Notes under the pieces: generated by a model
The model's input: only the letters and a program-made list of their open reading frames with translations
Databases searched by the model: none
Told to the model about the DNA's origin: nothing
Position numbers and translations under genes: made by a program
Assembly (NCBI RefSeq): GCF_009914755.1
Contig: NC_060929.1
Direction: 5' to 3' (one strand)
From: the human T2T-CHM13v2.0 reference genome, Homo sapiens
Length of the DNA: 64,000 bases
In this document: positions 1 through 13,439 of the stretch, piece after piece
Layout of the letters: every line of letters starts with the position of its first letter
Numbering within the stretch: the first letter of the stretch is position 1

Positions 1-182
1 AAATATCTGTCTTTAATTCTCCTATCGTTCCTTAAGTGCTTCCTCTGTGCTGGGCACATGGCTGTAGTGGTGACAGGGCTGCCTGGAACCCTGTCCTCAT
101 GGAGCTTGGCATCTAAGTGAGACCAGCAGACAGAGAGTTGTACAAACAAACCAGATAATTACAGAAGATAAAAAGTGTTATA

Positions 183-478
183 GGCCAGGTGATGTGGCTC
201 GTGCCTGTAATCCCAGCACTTTGGGAGGCTGAGGCGGCAGCATCACTTGAGCCCAAGAGCTCAAGACCAGCTTGGGCAACATGGTGAAACCTAATCTCTA
301 CAGAAAACACAAACAATAGAGGGGTGTGGCAGCCTGCACCTTAAGTCCCAGCTACTTGGGAGGCGGAGGTGGGGAGATCGCTTGAGCCCAAGAAATTGAG
401 GCTAAATGAGCCATGATCACACCACTGCACTCCAGCCTGGGTGACGGAGTGAGACCGTGTCTCAAAAAAAAAAAAAAA
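183..478 (+). mobile_element. Alu (AluJ-type), full length, inserted in an L2 fragment
   Basis: GGCCAGGTG...gagcccaagagctcaagacc...A15 tail; degenerate TSD AAAAGTGTTATA / AAAAGTCTTGTA. Confidence 0.92.
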
Positions 479-875
479 GTCTTGTAAAGGCAGATTAACA
501 TGATGATATCATAATCACTGGGAAATGCTATTTCTGATTAAGAAATAATTTGTCTTCATCATTTATTCTGTATGGATATGAGAGATGATATTTGAACTGT
601 CCTGCTCAATGAGATCATTTCTTGGAGGTCTCCTTAGGGGGGTTTGATTTCTTCCTTGAAGGATTCATGATTATTATTACTGCCACAGCTTATTCATCAT
701 TCCACACATACTTATTGAGGGCCTGATGTATTTCAGCCTCTATTCTCGCTTGGGAGAACAAAGCTGTGAAATCCCCTGATCTCAGTGAATTTGCCATGTG
801 TTCTCTACTGTTTTAATAAAACCCACTTTCCAGGCTCTTCAGTTGTATAATGGTCTAACTCTATACATTCGTTTT

Positions 876-1055
876 CCAACCTGGGCAATGCAGGGAGACC
901 CTATCCCTACAAAAAATTTAAAAGTTAGCCAGGTGTGGTGTTGTGCACCTGTGGTCCGAGCTACTCTGGAGGCTGAGGTGGGAGGATTGTTTGATCCCAG
1001 GAGGTCGAGGCTGCAGTGATCACTGCACTCTAGCCTGGATGATAAAATGAGACCC
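876..1055 (+). mobile_element. 5'-truncated AluJ-type element
   Basis: End of left arm, A-rich linker and right arm (gaggctgaggtgggaggatt...gaggtcgaggctgcagtga). Confidence 0.88.
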
Positions 1056-1694
1056 TTTTTTTTTTTTAAATTTCATTCTTCCAACATGAATTTTCCATAT
1101 TTAAACATGATTTGTAGGAGAAAGCACCTGCTATATACAGCAAGATATAAAATTCAATTGATTACTTATTATGATCTATTTTATTGTTGCTAATCTTTTG
1201 ACATGTATTTAACATTTGTTTAACTTGTTTTCTTAATTCACATTCAGTCTTTTTTTTGCAGTAAGAAATTGTCCAGCTTGTGCACTAGCAGAGAGGTTGC
1301 CAAATCTGCCTTAAGCTGGAGAGTTTAGCTTCCTTTACCCTTTGAAACTTGAGGCACATCTAAGTCCCGAGAGATGTGATATTTATTACTTCTTGTGGCT
1401 AGCTCTTGTGTATAGATATCCTCACAATTTTCCTTGGTATATGTAGATCCTGGTCACCAATCTGACAGTCAAAAAAGGCCACTTAACTATCTTCTGTCAG
1501 GACATAATCAGAAAATGTTGTTGATTTTTCTGCCGTCTTTGAGAAACTGCTCTGACCAAGATATAATTACCTAAGTGAGCACGTGCTCACTTACCTTATT
1601 TGAATCTTCACTCCTTATATGCTCACCTCTAAACACTTGCAGTGATAATTTTAACATTTTATTTCTGAAAGTGATTTCTTTACTCTACCCTCCC

Positions 1695-1992
1695 CCAAAT
1701 GGTAGCCACTAGCCAAAAGTGGCTTTCGAGCACTTAAAATGTGACTGGATTGAGACGTGCTGTAAGTGTTAAAGTACACACTGGATTTGAAAGACTTAGT
1801 GTAATAAAAAGAATGTAACATATCTCATGAACATTGTCATATTGATTGTATATTGGAATGATAGTGTTTTGGCTGTATGGGACTAAATAAGGTATATTAT
1901 TAAAACTGATTTCATCTACTCTTTACCTTTTTAATGTGACGATTTAAAATTGCCAACGTAGCTTGCAATATATTTCTTTTGGACAGTACTGC
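1695..1992 (-). mobile_element. MER33-like hAT/Charlie DNA transposon
   Basis: ggtagccactagcca...gtgctgtaagtgt...acactggatttgaaagacttagt...ttggacagtactg matches the MER33 reverse complement. Confidence 0.8.
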
Positions 1993-2669
1993 TTTAAAAT
2001 AGGAATGCATATGGAATGTTCAAAATGGTTTTGGAAGCCTGGATTCGTTGATCTATTTGAAGAGTTGCAAGATTACTCTAGAGCAGTGTAATGTGTAAAT
2101 TTAGAACTACTTCATGATCAATGATTTACTTCCTTGTAAAGCAAGTGAAAGCTTTAATATTGCATGTGGGACAAATATGACATTTACAAATGGGCAAATT
2201 TCAAACTGGACAAAGCAGTGTCTTCATTGCCATCCAGATTATCTGCTCAATATAGATTGAAATTTTAAAAGTAAGTACCTTTATTACTTTCAAAAATAGT
2301 TTACTGTTTAAAACAGTTGCTCTGTCTTAGGCAGCATGGCTCAAGAGAATATGTGATTTTAGGAGTAAAAGATAAAAAGAACATGTTAATGCTTTTTGGT
2401 CAAACATCTAGAAACTATTTTCTGTAATATCTGGCTCTGCTATGAAGAAAAGAGGTGAGCCAGGTTGCTGACAAAAATTGGTGGGCAAAGAAATAGGGAT
2501 AGAAGTATATTATTTCAAGTCACCAAGGTGCAAAACAGTTGAAAGATTAAAAATAATAGTGTCTATATTATATATAAACAATGTGAAGGTGGTAAAATAA
2601 GAAGATATAAATGATATGGAGAAAACCGGAGAGGAGCTAAAACTAAATAAATTTAAAAGGAATTGATGG

Positions 2670-2953
2670 GGCCAGTGCGGTGGCTCACACCTGTAATCCC
2701 ACTTTGGGAGGCCAAGGCATGTGAATCACTTGAGACTAGGAGTTTGAGACCAGCCTGGCCAATATGGTGAAACCCCATCTTTACTAAAAATACAAAAATT
2801 AGCTGGGCGTGATGGCGTGCGCCTGTAATCCCAGCTACTCGGGAGGCTGAGGCATGAGAGTCTCTTGAACCAGGAGGCAAAGGTTGCAGTGAGCCTGATC
2901 AAGCCACTGCACTCCAGCCTAGGTGACACAAGACTCTGTTTCCCAAAAAAAAA
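2670..2953 (+). mobile_element. Alu (AluS-type)
   Basis: Complete dimer, A tail, degenerate TSD ending in TTGATGGG on both sides. Confidence 0.93.
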
Positions 2954-3029
2954 AGGGGGGTTGATGGGTCTGGGCTAGGACTTGACTTTCATCATAAACT
3001 ACTTATACTATTTGATTTGTTGCCATTTG

Positions 3030-3570
3030 CCTGCATTTCATTGATACTTTTATGTATCCATTCTCCATATGGAGGGTCAGTTAGAAGGTTTTCACCCATT
3101 TATCATGCACAGTCCTTCAGTGAGAATCTTTGTATCTCCTTGTGTACTTGTGCTAGACTCTCTTGAGGGTAGGTTTTAAAATGGACTAGTTGGATTAAGA
3201 TATGCTCCTGCTTAACAATTGCTTTCTAAATTGGTTCTATCAAATTCTACTCGAGGTAGAAAGGTACTGTTTCCCCCATTCTTGCCAATAACTGATGTTA
3301 TATTTTAAAATTGGTATCAGTGTTATATGTTAAATCATATCCCATTGTTATTTTAATTTGTACCTACTGATTATTAGTGAGTTTGGGTTTTTTTCAGTTT
3401 ATTGAAAGTTTGGAATTTTATTTCTGTGACGTTTCATATGCTTTTACATATATTTTATTGAGTTTTAAATATTTTTTTCTGAGTAAATTTTAGGAAACCT
3501 TTATGTTTTTCAGATGGTTGGTTTTTGGGATGTAGAAGTTTTCATGTCTGGTATCAATTTTTCTAGCCTG
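3030..3570 (-). mobile_element. Old L1 (L1ME-like) fragment
   Basis: Degenerate antisense L1 ORF2 3' motifs (tttcccccattcttgccaa...cattgttattttaatttg...attattagtgag). Confidence 0.55.
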
Positions 3571-4785
3571 AAAAATTATTTAATTCTCTTCCTGTCCCAT
3601 TTGACCATAGCTGGAGCCTTTTGATGGTAAACTTCTTAGGATTGTTAATATCAGAAACAAGCCTACTTAACAGTAATTTTAGTGATTAAGATTTTAAGAG
3701 CTCAAAAGTTTGGATTTGAGTTCAAGATCTTCATCATTTTGGGTAGTTATTTATTTTATTTTTTGTTTTTGCATTTAAGACTATTTTCTCAGCATATTAT
3801 ACCTGTAATTGAGTAGTTATGTAGTCTTTCCAGTTTCTGAATAGGAATAACAATATGTTATAGTACACATAAGCACACACTCACATGTACAAATACCGCA
3901 GAGCTTGGGACAGTATCCACAATAATTTGAAGTAATAATAAGAAGAAAGAGAATAGCACCAAGTATGTTCATTTTTTGAAAACAGATACCTTTTACCAGA
4001 GTGCTTTTACTTAAGTAAAACTTGGTTAACTGATTAGCATTACCTAATTCAGATTCTAATAGTGCATTATGATGCTAGCATACAGTGATTGATTTCTGTA
4101 ATTTTCATATACTAGCACGCATATATCTTGCTTATGGAAATCATTACTCAAGAGTTTCACAATTTACACAAAAATCTATATAGCTGCTTTTTTATTGGAT
4201 AGTCTTAAGTGTTAGATTTGCATATATTTATGTAGCTCACTAAATCAATATGTTCTTTGTAAACTGATATAAAACCTTTTTTGTACACATAAGAACATTT
4301 ACTGATTTAATAAATCAGACGCTTGTCAGACATGCATCAGTGTAAATTGTTGTTTATATATAATGTAAGCACAATTCTTTAGATACAGTATATAATTCGT
4401 CATTCAATTAACATAAAGATATAATCAGTCAGTAGTTTATCTCCCAAGGTTCAACTCCTGCAGGAAAGAAACTGTCTTTGATACATAGAAATTAAAACAT
4501 TTAATGATTTTCCTAAAGTGCTTTTGTATTCTGTAGAGCTTTAAATTTAGATTTTTTATTTTTTGTACTCATTTCACAGTAACAATTAAGTAGACTTGAC
4601 AGCTACCTAGAATTCATAATCTTTTTCTCAAAAACAGTGGCAAATTGTGAAGGTTTGATTAAAATTCTTAAGTCATTAAAGCTAACCTTTTAAAATCTGA
4701 ATGTAATTAATTGAATGATTTGAAGATTTACCCTTTGGAAGATATTCCAAGGAGATATGAGATAGAGAGATAGAGATAGATAGGG

Positions 4786-4790
<5 letters not shown>

Positions 4791-4830
<40 letters not shown>
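4791..4830. repeat. (AG)20 microsatellite
   Basis: Perfect AG run preceded by degenerate GATA/GAGA units. Confidence 0.97.
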
Positions 4831-4834
<4 letters not shown>

Positions 4835-5846
4835 TGCCAGTATTATCCTGCTTTTATTGGCATGCAGTTGCCTGATCTCCTCTTGTTTTCTTTGGGGAGT
4901 TAGGCAAAAATTTATGTATTTCTTCAAGTAAGCACATATTTGATTACAAAACCAAACAGTACTAAGAGTCTTATATCAACCTTATTTAACGTATTTTAGA
5001 ACAATATGCTTGAGTTGCACTTTATTGACATAAGTTTTAGACAGTTTCTATTGAATGCCTGTTATATTATTGAGTATTTATCTTTCTTACATTTCCTTAC
5101 CACACGATCTCGCACCATAGCCACTTCAGAATTTTTGGTTGCATCACTAATCAGCATATTACAATGACTGTACTGTTACACCATAAGTATATATTTTTTC
5201 TTCTACTTTTTATTTTTCCTATAGTTAAAAATTGCTTATCATTTTTCCCATTAGCTTGTATTTTGCTGTGTGTCCATTATTGTTTTTTCCCTAATAATTT
5301 AAGAACATTAGTCATGGTTCTCAATAATTTTCCTAAATAGTCTAACACATCAAATAAATTATCAATAATGAATTAGTTTTGCCTTCTCCTCCACCCTAGA
5401 GACCTTCCCAGAGCTCTCCTTTTTTCTTGAGTCTGAACCATATTCTCTGAGAGTATGATGCACATCTGTTGTCATGTGTCATATTCTCTTTTCTGGATGC
5501 CATATTCTTCTTGTTTTACTGAAACATAGCACTCTTTGTAAAGAAAACTTTATTCTTTGTAAAGAAAAGTTGTATCGAAGGTCATTTTTCTTTTTTTTAA
5601 TCTCTGCATGTCTAAAATACCTTTATTTTACCCTCATTTTAATTAATAGATTGAGAAGGTATGGAATTCTGTGTTAGAACTCATTGTCCCTTATAATTTT
5701 GAAGATTGCTCAATATCCTACTACTGTGCAGTGTTGCTGGTTAATCTAGTGCTTTTCTAATTTCTTTATATGTAACTTACCTTTGTATATCTTTGAAGTT
5801 TATCAAATCTCTTTTTCATCCCTGAAGTTCTGAAATTTCACATTGA

Positions 5847-6279
<433 letters not shown>

Positions 6280-7008
6280 TGATAATATTCTCTTACCTCC
6301 TTCTACTCCTTTTTTGGGGTCTACCATTGAAATTCCTGTAGTGATACTCAGTTTCTTATATTTACTTTCATATTTCCCACCTCTTCATCTCTTTATTCTG
6401 CTTTTTCAAGATTTCTTCATTTTTATGTTCCAACCATTTTGTTGCATTTTTAAGTTTTGACATATTTTAAATTTCCAAAGGCTCTTTTTAAATTCTTTCA
6501 TTTTTTTCTTTTTCTTTTGAAAATGCTGTTCAGAGCATTTTGTTCTTGTTTCATGTGCCAAGTATATTCTGGTTATCTATATTTCTTTTAAGTACATTTA
6601 AGTTTCTTCTGTTCCTTTCACTGCTTCTGTTTCCTCCAAGTGTCATTTTTTTTTATTTCTTCTTGTCTTTCATATTCATGTTGTAGGCTTTTCTCAAATG
6701 TCTACTGATCTTTCAACTGTCTATTCACATTTAAGAGTAAGGTAGTGGGAAACATATTTTAATAATAATGTAAGCACCATGGTAGGAGATAATCAGTAAA
6801 ATTCTTGAGTGCAGTAGCCACAGGCTTACAGTGTCTTCACTCTGACTCATCCAGAGATGAAATTTGCTCGTTCCACAAAAAAATGCCAGTGTTATTAAGC
6901 CCTGGTACTGTTGCAAAAATATAAAAAGGAGAAAAGAAAAAGACCAAGGAACCAAAAGAGAGATAAATAGACAAAGAGTCAGAGATGGATGGATGGACTG
7001 TTTGTACA

Positions 7009-7011
<3 letters not shown>

Positions 7012-7044
<33 letters not shown>

Positions 7045-7087
7045 TGTTGGGGGGGAGAGACTATGAGAATATGAGGTAGAAAGAGTG

Positions 7088-7119
<32 letters not shown>

Positions 7120-7190
7120 CATATATACACACACACACATATATATACATATATACACACACACATATATACACACATATATATGTATGT
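7012..7190. repeat. Compound microsatellite: (TG)n, then (TA)n with CA/TA mix
   Basis: (TG) run 7012-7040; (TA) run 7088-7112 followed by tacac/tata units. Confidence 0.95.
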
Positions 7191-8384
7191 TTGAGATGTT
7201 TGTGAAATATGCTTAATGACCCTTTAATAAGGAGAAACTGTTTAGATTTTGGACAGAGACAATTCATATTAATAATTTTTTTCTGGGGCTAATTATTGTG
7301 CTTTCATTTTATTACATCTTTGTGCTCCTGATGTATTTTCTCAGTTATTTAAAGGTGTTGAAACAAGCACCTTCCATTAGTTCATTACTTAGTGCACATT
7401 TTTGCTGCTGTTATCATAGGGAGATCCAGTTGCATGTCTGGTTTAATCTGAAATATAAATTGATTGTTTTTGTACTTTCATGGATCTTTTCTTAGAATCC
7501 ATCTCCCACTGACTTTTATCTATATTTTGAGGTGAGTTTTGAGGCAGTGGTTGCTTTTGCCTTAGAACTTTATCAGCAATAGTAGTAAAGAAGTAGTCAC
7601 ATGCTTCATGCTTCTTATTTATATCTTTTTTTATTTAGAAGGAAACCTTTTTTAAAAAAGTTTTTTTTCTAAATTAAATAAACCTTTTTTATTTAGAAGA
7701 ATCAGAGATTAGAATGGGTTCAACACCTGATGGTCTGATGGTACTTAGATCTTACTGGGTCCTGCTAATTCTCATTTCTGGTCTGGTAGGAACCTTTTAG
7801 AGAGAAATAAGGATCAGCTTGTTTTTGTGTGGATGCTCTTTTGTTGTGTGAATTGTCTTGGACTTCATTCTCCCTTTTCAAAGTATCAATATTTAAATAT
7901 AACAGATTTAGCAGTGTAACTCTGGTGTAGACTTTTGAAAAAGAACACAATTTTTGTTTCTGTGTCTGCAACCTACATATGTGATTGAAAATTTTTATAT
8001 CTAACAGGTTCTACTTTTGATGACTTATTACCTAGCCACAGTGTATCTGTTTCTATCTGTAGCTTTATAACTATCTGTCAATCATTTATCCATATCTATG
8101 TCTCTATCTGTACATAAACACATATACATATGTGCCTGTGCATACAATCAAATGTGTATATTTGAATGCTTTCCTAGCCTCAGCATATATTAGTGTGTTT
8201 AACTACCTTGTGGTGAATTGTTTGTTGCTACTGGTCGTCTGTAAAATAGCATCTTGATTCCTCCTCTGATAAACACAATTATGTTATTATGAAACTTTCC
8301 TCTCTCGTTTTACCTCCTTAGAGCTTGGGAATTAGGCCAATTGTAGAGCTAAGTCTTCTGATAGTCTTGCTGTTTTAAATATTA

Positions 8385-8972
8385 TTGTCTATCAGCCATT
8401 CATTACTACCTTTTTCCATGCAAAGGGAACACCAGTGTTGTTCAAGAAATCATACCTTAGTGAAAATGCATGGCCCTCTCTCCAGCTCAGGAATAAAAGC
8501 CTATTAGTTTAATTCAGTCATGTGACTTGTCCCTCTGGCCTGCCTTCTCCCTCCTCCCCTAACTGATTGATTCAGGGCTGTCTAGGAACTTCTCTCTGGC
8601 CTCTGAAATGTGAGGAGTTTGCTCTGTGGCTTCTGGGGCTGACTTTCATTTTCATTTCTGGATGTGATATTGGGACTGCAGCACCTGTCATGTGGGCCAC
8701 ACGGGAAGTTAGCCCAGATGTAGTTTGAAACTGCTGCTATACTGTGAGAAACAGAAAGACAAAATGGGCAGAATTTGAGTCTTTGGGAATGAGTCCTTGG
8801 TTGAGCCGCTGAATTAATAATAGACCTCCTCACCCCGCCCTAAACCCCAACCCTCCTGCCCATAATCCAACATACATTTCTGCACTTATATGAGAAAATC
8901 AAGGTCCTTATGTTTAAAGTCAATTCAGTATAGGTTTTTGACAGTTGCAGCCAAAAGCATTATTGCTGAGAC
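8385..8972 (+). mobile_element. Old MaLR LTR (MLT1J/K/L-like)
   Basis: 3' end ...gtttaaagtcaattcagtataggtttttgacagttgcagccaaaagcatt...aca is typical of MLT1. Confidence 0.6.
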
Positions 8973-10334
8973 ACATCACTGCTTTACCTTTTATTTCTGT
9001 TTTCCATAGTGATTATTAACAGCTGTTAACTTCTCTTTTCTCTTTTAAGCGAGTAGAGTAAATCATAGGCCAGGCTATTTATCTAGCATTACTGTGATAA
9101 TAATAAACCTTCTGAGAAACAAAAATCTAAATGATTTTTCTGCAAAGTTGATTTATCTGCATCCTGAAGGACCTCATTACTTCTTCCACTTCTGACAGAT
9201 ATTTATGGTGCAATATAAGTTTATTCTTTATCACTTTTAAGAGTAGTAAGTTTTATTAATCTTCACTTTATTCAGAGTGATTTGAAATAGATCACAAAGT
9301 GAAATGGCAGAAACTAAATTATGTTATGTCCAAAATAATAAGAACAGCATATGCTGACCTTTGGCTGTTGGTTACCATTTTGTAGGCTCCTCCCAGGATT
9401 ATATATTTAGAAATAGATATTTGGCATTTTATACTTTAAAAAACCCAACTTCTGGGAAATCTTCTGTTTCCCTACAATAAATATGTACTGTTTTGTGGAG
9501 CACCTATAATACAACAAAATGAATTGGTCATGTTTTTCATGCTTCAATTATTGTACCGTTGATGGCAGAAACTAACAGGAGCTTTTTAGAATCTATTCAA
9601 CTTCATATTGTTTTTGTGTTAATATCAGACAACATTTTATTATAAGAAATGTACAAAATAGTAAAAGTTGCAAAGATTCTTGGCAAAACAGTTGACCAGA
9701 TTTTTAAATTATTGTAGTTCATGATTTCCTCATTTACTCATTCAGTAAGCACTGAGGACCAGGCTCTGCAGGCCACCCTGAATATAGAAGAGTCCCTGTC
9801 CTGAAGGCATTCACAGAGCAGGGATGAGATAAAGCAGCAAACATTATAGTATAATGTCATAAGTGACAAGATAAGTGCAGGGAGCCACGGGAGCATGCAG
9901 GGTGAGAAAGAAACAAATATGGATCTGGTGGTCAGAAGGAGAAGAAAGATATTTTGGTATAAGGACTGTTTAAAACAGGAAAGAAGGAGGAACAAGGTTT
10001 TTTTTTTTTTAAGTTTTGTTGCTAACATTAGGCTTGATTTTATTGTGTTTAGGAGATTTTTTTTTTATTTATGTTAGTGGCATGAGGTAAAGTATTATAA
10101 TAAACTCAATACAGAGATGTAATAATAACAACTAAAATTTATTCAGTGTTTCTGTGGCAATTAAAAGAGTGAGTATAAGTGCCAGATGGCTTGACTTTCA
10201 AAACCACTCATGTCAGATATTTGCTGTGTTATTAGGTTTAGGTATATTAATTGTGCTTTATTTTCCCCATTTATAAAATGGCTGTGAGAGTCATCTATAT
10301 GTTATAGATCTGTGGTGATGTTTCAATAAGTTAA

Positions 10335-10696
<362 letters not shown>

Positions 10697-10751
10697 TATT
10701 ATTATTATTTGGATAATCTCATTTAATTTTTTCATTAATCTGATAATATAA

Positions 10752-11743
10752 TGTGGTAGACAGAATAATGGCCACCAAGATATCCACATCCTAATCCTGG
10801 AACTTGTGAACATATTACCTTATATGGCCAAAAGGAATTTACCAATATGATTAAATTAAGATTTTGAGATGGGGGGATTACCTTGATAATTATGTTGAGC
10901 CCAGTGTCATCACATGGATCCTTAGAAGAGGCAGGCGAGTCAGAGAAGGAGATGGGATGAAGGAAGCAGAGGGATAGAGTCAGAGATCTGAAGATGCTCT
11001 GCTGCAGCCTAGCAAGATGGAAGGAACCATGAGGCAAGGAATGTGGGCAGATTCTAGAACCTGGAAATGAAAGGAAATGGATTTTCTCCTGGAGCTCCTG
11101 GCAGGAATGTGGCCCCCCTGACATCTTGATTCTGGTCTGGTTGAACCCATTTAATTGGAATTCTGACCTACCAGATCTGTAAGATGATACATTTGTGGCA
11201 TTTTAAGCCACTGATGATTTTTCTTTTCTTTTCTTTCTTTCTTTTTTTTTTTTTTTCCCCAGAATTCATCAAGCACAAAGTTTATTTTGAGGGTATCTGA
11301 GTCTGGTTTTCAGAAGAATGCCTAACCCATGTTGGGAAGAGCCCCACATTTTCTTCTCTGTCAAGACTTTTTGGAACTCAATACCTTACACACAACAGCT
11401 CACCAACACCGATTGCTGCTTGGCTCAACATAGACAAATAAATTCAAGCTAGGAAGAAGGGATAGGAAATAAGACATTGAAATTCTATCACTATCTTTCC
11501 ATAATCCTCTTAGAACAGAATTACAGTTTTTCTTTTCTATTTTTTAAACCATTTATTTATTTAATTTTCTGTTTTATTTTACTTTAAGTTCTGGGATACA
11601 TGTGCTGAACATGCAGGTTTGTTACATAGGTATACATGTGCCATGGTGGTTTGCTGCGCCTATCAACCCGTCATCTAGGTTTTAAGCCCCGCATGCATTA
11701 GGTAGCCACTGATTTTGCACAGTATCAATAGAAAACAAATACA
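10752..11743 (+). mobile_element. MLT1D-like MaLR LTR interrupted by a retro-insertion (11216-11703)
   Basis: tgtggtagacagaataatggcc...gattaaattaagattttgagatggg...ttttaagccact | resumes agccactgatttt...caatagaaaacaaataca. Confidence 0.85.
11527..11703 (-). mobile_element. Extremely 5'-truncated L1PA8-like 3' end with degenerate poly(A)
   Basis: actttaagttctgggatacatgtgctgaacatgcagg...ggttttaagccccgcatgcattaggt is the antisense L1PA 3' UTR terminus. Confidence 0.9.
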
Positions 11744-13439
11744 AATAGGCATTATTTCCATGTCACAAAGGAAGGAATGTGTTCTGGGGGATTAAGTTAT
11801 TGCCAAGATTATTGGAAGCTGTGGGGTGCCCACAGGGCTGTGGACTGATAGGCTTTATGATGGAAGCAGTCACACAGAGAAGGAACCAGGGCTTTCCAAC
11901 TCTATGTGCAGCCTTCCAAGCAGCCCCTGATTTTAGCCTCCCTCCTGCAGCTGACTGTGTGTACAAGACTGGGGCTTTTCCAGGGTCTTTAAGGCAGCCA
12001 CTGCTTCTGTTATCCTTAGCTGTCATTCCTGTAAGAAGCCCACCACTAGCTTTTCCACACTGTTAGATCACTTCACATTTTTCTAGCCCCTTGTCTTTTT
12101 CTAAAAGTGGTAGAAATCTGTCTTCCATGGATTCCTCTTTCATTCTTGCTGTCTTTGTGAATTTATGCTTTTTTTTCCTTTCATTTTCTGTAATTTTAGT
12201 AAGAGTTCATCAGGAAACAGTCATCAGTGGCCAGCTAACTATTCCCAACTCAAGCAGCATATCAATTTTTGACCCATGGCAGTGCCTCCTCTCACTTCAG
12301 CACTCTCAAAAGACTGCTGCAAACAGTAACGTAAATTCACCCAACATGACCGCAGTGCAAAAGCGTCTCACATGGTCTTTATGAAAGCACCCACAGTTAT
12401 CGCTCTTTAGTAACCTTTCCATACAGTAGAACAGTAGGCAGGAGGCAAAATGCTCCTCCACACTCTGTCAAAATATGTGTGATGGATATGTTTCATATTT
12501 TGGATAAGTTCCTATGAATTCACCTATATTTTTATAACCGTTCTAGGAATTTATTTATACTTTCATGAGCTCCTTCCTCATATTTGAGGAGAGAAGGGAA
12601 ATTGTAGTGTATACTTTTTGTGGGGGGTTGTGGTGTGTGTCAGAGTGTCATGGTATTCATGAGGATCTAGTATAAAAGCTTGTGATTACTGCAAATAAAG
12701 ATGACCAAAATTGGTCACTTAATAAGTAACAGATAACATGATTAATCAAAATTTTAAAATTTGTGTTTTTAAACAATTATTTTTCAGACCTCTACACCAC
12801 AGACAGTAGTAACAAGGGGAACAGGTAAATATTGAGAGAATATAAAAAACTTTAGTGTTTAAATTATAATACATAGTATGTTTACTTTTTAACTTATGTT
12901 AGCAAATTTCTATGCTTGTATGAAATTGGCAGTTGAAACTATTAGATTTTTTACAAACAGTTATGTCCAGAGCTTCTGTCTCCTTCTTTTCAGTCTCAAG
13001 AATAATATAACCTTTTTAAAAAAAATACTACCTTCTTCATACATAATGGGTAAAGATAAGCACTATATTGGATCCTTATTTGAAGTGTTCAGTTCCCAGC
13101 TTTCTCAGTGTAATTCCATTCCTCTTTAACTCCCACTTGGACAAAAGTACATATGAATGAATAAAATTGATGTTGTAGCAAGAATCCAAAATTTACTATG
13201 CTTTATCGAAATGAGTAATTCTTTCCAAAAACTTGCTGTGATTCAAATGATCATGTTATATCCCCATGTTTCCACATAGAGGCTGAGAATAGTTAACTTG
13301 GAACCTTCTATGGAGAAGGGAAGAGGCTGGTTATTCCTTACATTAGAATACAAAGGAAGTTAAATTACAAAGGAAGATGACTATGATGTGGCATAGAGTT
13401 TTACAAGTGAGATAATAATTATACGATATAGGGTAGTTC

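Noticed and set aside
9016-9029. 14-bp palindrome TTAACAGCTGTTAA with an E-box
   Set aside because: Several 7-bp-arm palindromes are expected by chance in this window.
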